DNA of 64,000 bases from Solirubrobacteraceae bacterium (lineage in GTDB: Bacteria; Actinomycetota; Thermoleophilia; Solirubrobacterales; Solirubrobacteraceae). A program made the translations under genes and the position numbers. The notes under the pieces were generated by a model. It saw only the letters and a list, made by a program, of their open reading frames with translations, was not told the origin of the DNA and ran no database searches. Shown in pieces: positions 29,230 to 38,648 of the stretch. Each line of letters opens with the position of its first letter. The stretch's first letter is position 1. The stretch lies in assembly GCA_049512455.1 (NCBI GenBank), contig JBEKXB010000010.1:4969-68968 (forward strand). The letters are read 5' to 3'.

Positions 29230-30963
29230 TCAAGTCGCGGGAGCCGCCCCCGAGAGCACGCGCCGTTCGAGCGGGGCCAGCACCCATTGGGGGATCAGGT
29301 TGTCTGCGCTTGCGCTGCCCAGCTCGCTGAGCGGCGTGACGATGTCGGACTCGTACCAGCGCTGTCCGTCCTCCGAGAACACGTCGAACACGCGCCTTCG
29401 GCGCTGCCAGCCGACTGCCAGCGCCTCGCCGTACGCACACGCCGACCGCGTGAACTGCACGCCTCGGGGGACGAGGCGGTCCAGGACACCAGGCGCGCAG
29501 TCTGGGATTGGTTGGCCGTGACCGGTTCGTACGAACTCTCCGTGATCGAAGCGGTAGGTGACGATGAGGTCCGCATTTGCGAACGCTTCGAGCGTCGGTC
29601 CGAAGTACGCCGATCCGAGGTCGCTGGCGTCGATCGTCTGGCTGAGCTCCCGGCCGGAACGGAACGGGACTGCGTGCCAATGGCCACCGGCGTCGGAGAT
29701 CACGGCAAGCCATCTCGGGGAGCTTTGGGGTGTCAGCTCGAAATCCGGAGCCGGTGACCCGGTCAGGGCAGCGGTTGAGATGGTGGCCGGCCCCTCGGGC
29801 CCCGGGGTCGTGACGGCGAAGCCAATGGTCGCCTGCTTCGCCCACGTCGTACCGCTTCGGTGGAAAATGCGGACTACCAGCGCGGACGATCGGCCTGCCG
29901 CGCTTGGCGGCGCCCCAACGGCGACGGCGAACCACCTTGCCGGGGGACTTCCGTACGCACCGGAGTCGTAGGTCGTCGCGAAGCTTGATCCGGGCGTGAA
30001 CGGGAGCGATGCCGCCATCCGGCCAGGCGCGCGCGGCTCAGCTGGCCAGACCGAGGGGCTGAACCCCTCGTGCGGGCGGGGAACGCGCTGACCGATGGGC
30101 CGCGCCAGCCGGAGATACACCGACTCCGCCAGCGCCGCCTCGCCGGCCGCGATGCTGACCTCTTGTGGTGATCCCACAGCGTCGCGGGACCATCCATCGC
30201 CCTGCTGTTCAAACAGGGCTAGGTCCGTCTCGCCGTGCGACACCCCGGTCGCCAGCGCCCACCCGTCGGCGCAGGCGAAGCGCGATACGACAAACGACGG
30301 GACCAGATACGGCTCGAGCGAAATCGGCAGGCCGTACGGACGGAGGCTAGGTGCCCGGTCAAGCGCCGCCGCCGAGCAGGCGGGAGCCGGTCCGGGTGGC
30401 ACAGTCGGCACGAAGATCCGTCCCGAGAAGCGGTACCAGGCGTACGTCTCTGGGCCGGCGGCTCCGCCGGAGGCGTTGGCCTCCGCCTCCACGAGCCGGC
30501 CGCTGACGGTGCGCTCATCGATCAGATCGGTGAGCCCGGATGCGTAGTCGAACGGGACCTCATGCCACTTGCCGCCGGTCCGCGAGATCACAACGAATGG
30601 CACCCAGTCCGCCCCACTCCCCGTCAACGTGAAGTCCGGCGCCGGGGACTGCGTGAGCGACGCCACTCCCAGGCCAGTAAGCATCGACGGCTCCTGGGGA
30701 GCGCCAACAACGCCGTTAAGTGACCAGTGCGCACCCGTCCAGCGGTACACGCGGAAAACATTCTCCGCTGCAGCCGTCCAGACGTCCGTTGCGAACCACG
30801 TGCCGCCAGCCACGCGAACCACACCCGAATCGGCGACGGCCAGCGCGTTGATCGGTATCGCGACCGGCGTGTCACCCGGTCGCGCACTGCTGCCGCATCC
30901 GCTGAGGCAGGCGCCACACAGGAGCGCGGCACAAGCCATCCACCTCAAAAGGCGCCGCGGCAT
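29230..30963 (-). CDS. lipoprotein of unknown function, internally duplicated
   Basis: Signal peptide with lipobox (ALLCGACLSGCGSS). Two homologous halves of about 270 aa. Start at 30963 or 30990. Confidence 0.6.
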   Translation of the reverse strand: MPRRLLRWMACAALLCGACLSGCGSSARPGDTPVAIPINALAVADSGVVRVAGGTWFATDVWTAAAENVFRVYRWTGAHWSLNGVVGAPQEPSMLTGLGVASLTQSPAPDFTLTGSGADWVPFVVISRTGGKWHEVPFDYASGLTDLIDERTVSGRLVEAEANASGGAAGPETYAWYRFSGRIFVPTVPPGPAPACSAAALDRAPSLRPYGLPISLEPYLVPSFVVSRFACADGWALATGVSHGETDLALFEQQGDGWSRDAVGSPQEVSIAAGEAALAESVYLRLARPIGQRVPRPHEGFSPSVWPAEPRAPGRMAASLPFTPGSSFATTYDSGAYGSPPARWFAVAVGAPPSAAGRSSALVVRIFHRSGTTWAKQATIGFAVTTPGPEGPATISTAALTGSPAPDFELTPQSSPRWLAVISDAGGHWHAVPFRSGRELSQTIDASDLGSAYFGPTLEAFANADLIVTYRFDHGEFVRTGHGQPIPDCAPGVLDRLVPRGVQFTRSACAYGEALAVGWQRRRRVFDVFSEDGQRWYESDIVTPLSELGSASADNLIPQWVLAPLERRVLSGAAPAT

Positions 30964-31098
30964 CTCTCGGCGAGTCGGAGCCTCGCGCATCGTGACGATC
31001 GTGGCACGTGCGCCAAGTGAGTGTCGCCCGCATGGCGCAGCGGAAGCGCGGGGACGGCGACGCTGGCTAGCGCGTGGTCGCGGCGCTCGCGTCCCGCG

Positions 31099-31920
31099 CT
31101 ACGTCGACGCGAGCGCAGCGAGCGTCGTCTTTCGCATCACCAGCAGGAACTCCGCGCCGTTCATCTGTGCGTGCTCGAGCGCTACAGGGAGGTTGAGCGC
31201 GTCGCGGCAATGCAGGACGAGCTCGAGGAAGCCCTCGAAGTCCCAGTTGTGGAAATGGATCGACGCACCCTCGTCGTCGAGCTTCCTGGCGCGGGCCTGG
31301 ACGTCGTCGGGATCGAACCGCTCGACCAGGCGGACCCATTCGCGGTAGTGATCATGGCGTGACCACGCCGGCCCTTCGGCGTGGTCGCGAAGCACGTGCT
31401 CGAGCGTCGTCGGCGTTCGATCCCGGTCGAACGTGAAACGCCGATCGGGGGCGACGATGAACAGGATCCCGTGCTCACGGAGCACGCGGCACTGCGCCTC
31501 GAGCGTCCCGATCGGATCCTGCGTGTGCTCGATGAAGTGGTTGGCGACGACGAAATCGAGCGACGAGTCCTCGAAGCTGTGCAGCGTCTCCCCGTCGTCC
31601 ACGACGTCGACCGTGACGAACGGTCTGTCTTTCAGCTCCGGGAAGTCCTCGCGGAGGCCTGGATTCCCCTTGCGATCCACGTAGCGAACGCGAGCGCTCC
31701 GTGGCATGCGGAGGGGGACGTGCAGCGCTCCGATCTCGATGCCATCGCCCGCGAGACAGTTGCGCGCGACATCGTCACGTACCGCTGTGATCTGTTGCCA
31801 GTCCGCCACCGCATGATCGCTGGCGGACAGCAGGATGTTGCGAAGCCGGCGGCGGCCGAGCAGGCGCACCGCAAGGCGCGCCACAACCGCTCGCGACCTC
31901 TCACGAACGCCGCGAGCCAC
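31099..31920 (-). CDS. class I SAM-dependent methyltransferase
   Basis: GIEIGAL...VDRK...LDFVVANHFIEHTQDPIGTL..REHGILFIVAPD (Methyltransf_11-like). Confidence 0.65.
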   Translation of the reverse strand: MARGVRERSRAVVARLAVRLLGRRRLRNILLSASDHAVADWQQITAVRDDVARNCLAGDGIEIGALHVPLRMPRSARVRYVDRKGNPGLREDFPELKDRPFVTVDVVDDGETLHSFEDSSLDFVVANHFIEHTQDPIGTLEAQCRVLREHGILFIVAPDRRFTFDRDRTPTTLEHVLRDHAEGPAWSRHDHYREWVRLVERFDPDDVQARARKLDDEGASIHFHNWDFEGFLELVLHCRDALNLPVALEHAQMNGAEFLLVMRKTTLAALAST

Positions 31921-31982
31921 CGGTCAGCCCGCTACCGGTCGGTCCAACAGCGGGCGCGACGCCGCCGGCGTCGCTGTGGCGG

Positions 31983-33308
<1,326 letters not shown>

Positions 33309-33406
33309 CTAGGCGCTACGCCTGCTTGCGCTCTACCCACGCCTGCCGAAGAACCGCTCGACGGCGTCCGCGATCCCGCGGGCGTCCACTGTGCCTGGCT
33401 GACAAG

Positions 33407-34159
33407 TCAGCCGGCGAGGGGGTAGCTGACGCGCCGGGCGTCCGGCCCGTAGAACGGCAGCAGATCGCAGCACCCCTCGAGCCGCGAGACGATCCGCTCG
33501 CCGAGCTGCTCGGCGAGCTCGTCGCGATCGAGGTTGGAGGTGACGATCGTGGAGCGCTCGTCCTGGTAGCGCGCGTTGATGATCGAGTAGAGCTGCTCGA
33601 GCACCCAGTCCGTGCGATGCTCGGCGCCGAGGTCGTCGATGTGCAGCAGATCGGCGTCGGCGAGCTGATCGAGGAAGGCGAGCACGCTGCCGCCGTCAAT
33701 CGACTCCCGGATCACGCCCAGCAGCCGCGGGCAGGAATAGATCGCGACCGAGCGGCCGGCGTCGATCGCGGCCTTCGAGACGATCATCGCCAGCGTTGTC
33801 TTGCCGGTCCCTACGGAACCGGCAAGCCAGAGCCCACGGCCCGCGTCGAGGTTCGGTCCGATCTCGCGGACGAACCTCCGCACCTCGCGGACCTGCGTCG
33901 GGAAGCGTCGCTCCATGTCGATCACGTCGGTCGTCTCGAACGAGACAGCACGAAACGCCTTCGGAATGCGACCCTCGAGCGCGCTGGCGCGCGCCTTTGC
34001 GATTCGCAGCGCCCGGCAGCGGCAGTCGCGAGCCGTCATCGTCGCCTCATCGACAAGGAAGCCACTGCCGTCACAGAGGTCGAATTCGCACCGCCCGGCG
34101 GTCGGTGAGCGTTTCGGATCCACTCCAGCCAGGATAGAGCGGCGCGCGGGCGCCTTCAC
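33407..34159 (-). CDS. DnaC/DnaI/IstB-type AAA+ ATPase with N-terminal Cys4 module (putative helicase loader)
   Basis: Walker A GSVGTGKTTLA, Walker B LLHIDDLGAE and sensor TSNL. N-terminus is CEFDLCDGSGF...DCRC. Confidence 0.7.
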   Translation of the reverse strand: MKAPARRSILAGVDPKRSPTAGRCEFDLCDGSGFLVDEATMTARDCRCRALRIAKARASALEGRIPKAFRAVSFETTDVIDMERRFPTQVREVRRFVREIGPNLDAGRGLWLAGSVGTGKTTLAMIVSKAAIDAGRSVAIYSCPRLLGVIRESIDGGSVLAFLDQLADADLLHIDDLGAEHRTDWVLEQLYSIINARYQDERSTIVTSNLDRDELAEQLGERIVSRLEGCCDLLPFYGPDARRVSYPLAG

Positions 34160-34206
34160 GACGCACTCGCGAGTTTGCGGCCGTGCGTGTTAGATGTGCA
34201 TGACAC

Positions 34207-34249
34207 CAAGGGGGGCTTGGACGGTCCCCCTACTCGACTACAAGGGGGC
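34207..34249 (+). promoter_or_regulatory. candidate SD-sequestering leader (G-run / C-run / G-run)
   Basis: CAAGGGGGGC (34207-34216), TCCCCCT (34225-34231) and CAAGGGGGC (34241-34249, which is the SD of the GTG at 34253). Confidence 0.3.
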
Positions 34250-34252
34250 ACC

Positions 34253-34927
34253 GTGTCCAAGCATCCTCATCGCGCACCATCGCCTGCCGTGCTCGCCGTC
34301 GTGCTGGCAGCGGTCTTCGGCGTCGCCGGGACGGCAGTCGCTGCGACCGCCGGGACCGCCAAGGCCAAGAAGCACAAGCCCGCCCCGGTGACGCTGAAGG
34401 CGGTCGACAAGGAGATCGCGAAGCTCGCGCCCAGCCTGAGCGTCGCGTCGGCAACGACAGCGGGCTCGGCGACGAGCGCCACAACGGCTGCGACGGCTAC
34501 CACGGCGGCGACCGCGGCCACCGCGACAAGCGCCGGCAACGCGAACACCGTTGACGGCGAGACCGTGTCGAAGATCTACGACGCGCTGGGGGTGACCAGC
34601 GGCAACCACACCATCTTCGATGAAGACGGTTTGACGATCACCGCCGACTGCGATGGCACCGGTTCAGCGGACCTGACGGCCGATGGCCCGAGCACCGCCG
34701 ACATGCAGGTCGAGCTGCTCCCGGCGGGAAGTGGCGCGTCCGAGGTCGACGTCAATGGATTCAGCAGCAGCTTCGGGATCAACGGTGCGGGCGGGACCGG
34801 CATCGGGTCGCTGTCCTACGTCGACGCCACAGGCCAGGTCGTGACGGCGAACTACAGCTGGGCGGCAAGCCCCACCTTCGGGCATTCCGGCTGCGTCTTC
34901 GCCGGTACCGCCATCTACTCGAGCTGA
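34253..34927 (+). CDS. secreted protein with Thr/Ala-rich low-complexity linker
   Basis: GTG start 4 nt after the AAGGGGG SD. Signal peptide AVLAVVLAAVFGVAGTAVAA. Linker ATTAGSATSATTAATATTAATAATATSAGNANTVDG. Confidence 0.6.
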   Translation: MSKHPHRAPSPAVLAVVLAAVFGVAGTAVAATAGTAKAKKHKPAPVTLKAVDKEIAKLAPSLSVASATTAGSATSATTAATATTAATAATATSAGNANTVDGETVSKIYDALGVTSGNHTIFDEDGLTITADCDGTGSADLTADGPSTADMQVELLPAGSGASEVDVNGFSSSFGINGAGGTGIGSLSYVDATGQVVTANYSWAASPTFGHSGCVFAGTAIYSS

Positions 34928-35042
34928 CAGGGAGCTGTTCGCCCGCCCACGTCGTGAAGTGCGAGGCCCCGCCAACCGACCACCGCCCAAATCCGAGGCA
35001 GACGACACCCAAGCGCACCATTGGTGTCGCCCAGCGACGCCT

Positions 35043-36425
35043 TCACGCGGCCGACGAGTAGCTCATGAACCGCGGGTACTCCGGCTGAAACGTGAGCGTC
35101 ACGGTGTCGAGCGGTCCGTTGCGGTGCTTGGCGATGATCAGGTCGGCCTCGCCCGGGCGCTCGGACTTCCCGGCGGTGTAGTAGTCGTCGCGGAAGATGA
35201 AGATCACGACGTCGGCGTCCTGCTCGACAGCGCCCGACTCGCGCAGGTCCGACAGGCGCGGCCGCTTGTCGTCGCGCGACTCGACGCCGCGGTTGAGCTG
35301 GGACAGCGCGATCACCGGCACGCCCAGCTCGCCGGCGAGCAGCTTCAGCCCGCGCGACATCTGGCCGATCACCTCGGCCCGGTTCTCGCTGCGTGAGTCC
35401 GCGCGCAGCAGCTGGAGGTAGTCCACGATCACCAGTCCCAGCCCGTCGGGGTACTGCGCGTGCAGGCGGCGGGTCTTCGCGCGGATCTCGAGCAGCCCGA
35501 TGTCGCTCGAGTCGTCGATCCACAGTGGCGATGAGGCAAGTCGCGAGCTCGCTCTGATGATCGTCGGCCAGCGGCCCTCCTTCACGCGGCCCTTGCGCAG
35601 CTCGTCGCCTTTGATCGAGGCCTGTGAGGAGATGAAGCGCTGCGCGAGCTCGGCTTCGGACATCTCGAGCGAGAACAGCGCGACCGGCTTGCCGTAGTTG
35701 ATCGCCGCGTTCTCGGCGATGTTGGTGACCAGCGAGCTCTTGCCCATCGACGGCCGCGCTGCGATCACGACGAGGTTCCCGGGCTGAAATCCGCCCGTGA
35801 CATTGTCGAGATCGACGAAGCCGGTCGGCGTTCCGGTCAGCGAGGTGCCCGAGAGCGACAGGGCATGGAGCTTGTCGAGCTCCGAGTCGAGGACGCTCGC
35901 GATCGTGCGGAAATCCTGCTTGGACTCGCCGTGGGCGACCTCGAGCACCGCCTTCTCCGCGCGCTCGATCACCTCGCGCGCCGGCTCGCGCTGGTCCAGC
36001 ACGCTCGACTGGATCTCGTACGTCGTGTTGAGCAGGCGGCGCAGCAGCGCGGTCTCGCGCACGATCTGCGCGTAGCTGCGGAGGTTCGCGACGTTCGGGA
36101 CGCTGCCCGCGAGGGTCTCGACAGCGTCGGGTCCGCCGGCCTGCGCGAGCGTGCCCGCGCCGCGTAGGGCGTCGGTGGTCGTGAGTGCGTCGATCGGCTC
36201 GCTGCGCTCGTACAGCCCGAGCATCGCGGCGTAGATCAGCCGGTGGCGCTCACGGTAGAAGTCATCCGCCCGGAGGCCCTCCTCGATGACGAGCGAGTAC
36301 ATCGTCCGTTCGGACAGCAGGATCGCGCCGAGCACGGACTCCTCGGCCTCGATGTTGTGTGGCGGAGCGAGTGCCTGCGCCACCTTCAGCTGCCCTCGAG
36401 CGGAGATCTTCGGCTGCGTGCTCAT
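35043..36425 (-). CDS. dnaB: replicative DNA helicase DnaB
   Basis: PHNIEAEESVLGAILL N-terminus, Walker A ARPSMGKSSL, and IVDYLQL and SQLNR motifs. No intein. Confidence 0.95.
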   Translation of the reverse strand: MSTQPKISARGQLKVAQALAPPHNIEAEESVLGAILLSERTMYSLVIEEGLRADDFYRERHRLIYAAMLGLYERSEPIDALTTTDALRGAGTLAQAGGPDAVETLAGSVPNVANLRSYAQIVRETALLRRLLNTTYEIQSSVLDQREPAREVIERAEKAVLEVAHGESKQDFRTIASVLDSELDKLHALSLSGTSLTGTPTGFVDLDNVTGGFQPGNLVVIAARPSMGKSSLVTNIAENAAINYGKPVALFSLEMSEAELAQRFISSQASIKGDELRKGRVKEGRWPTIIRASSRLASSPLWIDDSSDIGLLEIRAKTRRLHAQYPDGLGLVIVDYLQLLRADSRSENRAEVIGQMSRGLKLLAGELGVPVIALSQLNRGVESRDDKRPRLSDLRESGAVEQDADVVIFIFRDDYYTAGKSERPGEADLIIAKHRNGPLDTVTLTFQPEYPRFMSYSSAA

Positions 36426-36494
36426 CGCCTGAGCGAGTGTAGATACGCGCGCGGCCGTCGCGGGCCGGTCTTGCCGCAAGGCGCGGAGCTTTAA

Positions 36495-36566
36495 GCGCCG
36501 ACCGCGTCGTAGCCGGCCTAGCGGATCTCCCCCGGTCGGCGCGTCAGGCCGCGACGCGGTCGGCGC
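36495..36566. repeat. perfect 15-bp inverted repeat with a competing internal partner (rplI-dnaB spacer)
   Basis: GCGCCGACCGCGTCG (36495-36509) pairs with CGACGCGGTCGGCGC (36552-36566). A second GGTCGGCGC lies at 36534-36542 and a second CCGCGTCGC at 36586-36594. Confidence 0.75.
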
Positions 36567-36636
36567 GCGATCAGTCGGACAGGGCCCGCGTCGCGCCTAG
36601 CGCGCCCAAGCGGGCGAGGCCGGACGGCCAAAGGCC

Positions 36637-36670
36637 GGGCCGGCGAGCCCCTCGGGCCGGCGAGCCCCCT
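36637..36670. repeat. tandem 16/17-nt direct repeat at the rplI stop codon
   Basis: GGGCCGGCGAGCCCCT-c-GGGCCGGCGAGCCCCCT. The second copy contains the rplI stop (cta at 36669-36671). Confidence 0.7.
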
Positions 36671-37118
36671 ACGTGGCGGTGACGATCGTCTTGATCGTCG
36701 CGTTTACGCCGGGTGCCACCTCGACCTCGACCATGTAGGTGCCGAGGCTCTTGATCGGGTCCTCGAGGACGACGCCCCGGCGGTCGAGCTCGAGACCGCG
36801 CGACTCGCGGATCGCGTTGACGATGTCCTGGCTCGTCACCGAGCCGAACAGCCGTCCGTCATCCCCCGCCTTCTGGGAGATCGTCAACACGGTCCGCGAC
36901 AGCAGCGCGGCGGTCTCCGCGGCCTTCTCGAGCGCTTCGTGAGCGGCGCGCTCTGCGGCAGCGGCGCGCTGTGCGGCAGCGGCGATCGCGCCCGGAGTCG
37001 CCGACTGAGCAAGCGCTCGCGGCAGCAGGTAGTTGCGCAGGTAGCCCTTTGAGACCTCCACGACGGTGTCGCGCTTGCCGAGCGTCTCGACATCGCTGAG
37101 CAGGATCGCCCGCGGCAT
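36669..37118 (-). CDS. rplI: 50S ribosomal protein L9
   Basis: MPRAILLSDVETLGKRDTVVEVSKGYLRNYLLPRALA. Start at cat 37116-37118. Confidence 0.9.
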   Translation of the reverse strand: MPRAILLSDVETLGKRDTVVEVSKGYLRNYLLPRALAQSATPGAIAAAAQRAAAAERAAHEALEKAAETAALLSRTVLTISQKAGDDGRLFGSVTSQDIVNAIRESRGLELDRRGVVLEDPIKSLGTYMVEVEVAPGVNATIKTIVTAT

Positions 37119-37122
37119 CGCG

Positions 37123-37461
37123 CTAGCGGTCGCGGTCGCGGTCGCGGTCGCCGCGCTCGCGGCGACCGCCGCTGCTCTCGACGGCGCCCTCGTTGACATA
37201 CGGCAGCAGCGCGAGCTCGCGGGCGCGCTTCACGGCACGGGCGATCTGGCTCTGGTGGCGCCGGCAGGCGCCGGTGATCCGGCGTGAGCGGATCTTGCCC
37301 TTCTCGGAGATGAACTTGCGCAGCATCGACACGTCCTTGTAGTCGACCTGGTCGATCTTGTCGCGGCAGTGCTGACACGGCTTACGGCGTCCACTCGTGA
37401 CCCCGCCGCGCTTCTCGCGCCGCCGGGCCGGCTTTTCCCGCGCGCCTCGCTGCTTTGCCAT
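37123..37461 (-). CDS. rpsR: 30S ribosomal protein S18 with Asp-Arg repeat C-terminal tail
   Basis: [45 protein letters not shown] core, followed by the tail ...[13 protein letters not shown]. Confidence 0.9.
   Translation of the reverse strand: MAKQRGAREKPARRREKRGGVTSGRRKPCQHCRDKIDQVDYKDVSMLRKFISEKGKIRSRRITGACRRHQSQIARAVKRARELALLPYVNEGAVESSGGRRERGDRDRDRDR
37126..37149. repeat. (GCGGTC)x4 hexanucleotide microsatellite inside the rpsR 3' end
   Basis: Four perfect tandem copies. On the coding strand this reads GACCGC x4, which encodes (Asp-Arg)4. Confidence 0.9.
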
Positions 37462-37476
37462 CTCGCTTGTCTGCTC

Positions 37477-37950
37477 CTAGAAGGGGATGTCGTCGTCGCC
37501 AACGCCTACTGCGCTGGTCGCCGCTTGAAAGTCGCGGTCGTCGATCGGCACATCGCTGCTCGACGATCCAGCTCCGACTGATGCCGTGAACGATGCGCTC
37601 GGCGCGTCGTCACGACCGCCCAGGAACTGAACGGAGTTGGCGATGATATCGACTGCCTGGCGCTTGTGCCCCTCCTGTGTCTCCCATTCGCGCCATTCGA
37701 GCCGGCCTTCAACGGCGACCGGGCGGCCCTTGGAGAGGAATCGGGCGCAGTTCTCGCCCTGCGCGCCCCAGACCTTGACGTCGAAGTAGTTGGGCTTGTC
37801 CTCCCACTCGCCGGTCGCATTGTTCTTGCGGCGGGTGTTGACGGCGACGCGCAAGTCGCAGACCGAGCTGCCGCTCGGCAGCGCGCGCAGCTCCGGATCG
37901 CGCGTCAGGTTTCCGGTTAGCACTACGACGTTGATGTTGCTCGCGGCCAT
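37477..37950 (-). CDS. ssb: single-stranded DNA-binding protein
   Basis: NINVVVLTGNLTRDPELR OB-fold N-terminus and acidic tip DDDIPF. Confidence 0.95.
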   Translation of the reverse strand: MAASNINVVVLTGNLTRDPELRALPSGSSVCDLRVAVNTRRKNNATGEWEDKPNYFDVKVWGAQGENCARFLSKGRPVAVEGRLEWREWETQEGHKRQAVDIIANSVQFLGGRDDAPSASFTASVGAGSSSSDVPIDDRDFQAATSAVGVGDDDIPF

Positions 37951-38057
37951 GGCAGGCTCCTTTGCTTTGCGCTCAGCGGGGCTAGCAACTCTAGAGAGCT
38001 GTCCGGTCCTCGCCTGTGCGCACCCCGCTGTTTAGGGCAAGAACCTCGCTGCGGGGC

Positions 38058-38456
38058 TCAGGCCGGCGCGAGCGCGTCGTCGGCGAGCGGCTCGCTCGCG
38101 GGAGTGGCGGCGGCTGCCACGGCGGTGCGCGGCGCGGACTGCTCCGGCGGCGCGGGCGTCCCCGGCGCGACCTTGATTATGCGATGGCGCACGACGCCGT
38201 CGGCGATCCGCAGCGTGTGGTCGAGCGTCGAGATCAGCTCCGGCGGACCTTGGAACTGCAGCAGGTGGTACTCGGCCTGCTCACGGTGCCCGATCTGGAA
38301 GGCCAGCGGGCGCGTTCCCCACTTCTGGTCGGTTACCACCTCGCCGCCGGCGAGGATCATCGCCCGCGTGTCAGCGACGATCTTCGCGCGATCCTCGTCA
38401 CTGGCGGCGAGGTCGAGCAGCAGGATCAGGTCGTACGTGGCTTTGGCGGCGGGCAA
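38058..38456 (-). CDS. rpsF: 30S ribosomal protein S6
   Basis: TYDLILLLD...GEVVTDQKWGTRPLAFQI..EYHLLQF...IRHRIIKV. No ATG/GTG lies near the conserved N-terminus, so a TTG at 38456-38454 is proposed. The 193-aa ORF extension has poor GC3. Confidence 0.8.
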   Translation of the reverse strand: MPAAKATYDLILLLDLAASDEDRAKIVADTRAMILAGGEVVTDQKWGTRPLAFQIGHREQAEYHLLQFQGPPELISTLDHTLRIADGVVRHRIIKVAPGTPAPPEQSAPRTAVAAAATPASEPLADDALAPA

Positions 38457-38507
38457 GACGAGCGATGATACCAGCGCCTTCGACCACCTCTCACTGCGGA
38501 GACCTTC

Positions 38508-38648
38508 ATGACGCTGCTCTGGCTCATCATCTGGTTCATCGCCGGCCACGCCGCACTGACCCTCCACCCGGTGAACGCTTGGGCGGCAACGCTCATCCTC
38601 GCTTTCGGCCTCGACCTCGCAAGACCGAAATGGAAGCACGGAAAGTGA
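38508..38648 (+). CDS. unannotated 46-codon hydrophobic ORF (two predicted TM helices, basic tail)
   Basis: ATG preceded by GGAG with a 6-nt spacer. Product is MTLLWLIIWFIAGHAALTLHPVNAWAATLILAFGLDLARPKWKHGK. 37 of 45 internal codons end in G/C (hand count). Confidence 0.45.
   Translation: MTLLWLIIWFIAGHAALTLHPVNAWAATLILAFGLDLARPKWKHGK

Noticed and set aside
33397-33412. Palindrome GGCTGAC-AA-GTCAGCC at the end of the DnaC/DnaI-like gene, considered as a terminator.
   Set aside because: It overlaps the stop codon itself, is only 7 bp and has no U-tract. It may be a weak terminator, but the evidence is insufficient to call it.
34440-34530. A Thr/Ala-coding repetitive stretch (ACG/GCG/ACC/GCC) in the secreted-protein gene, considered as a possible tandem DNA repeat.
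   Set aside because: The period is imperfect and irregular. It is simply a low-complexity TA-rich linker within the ORF.
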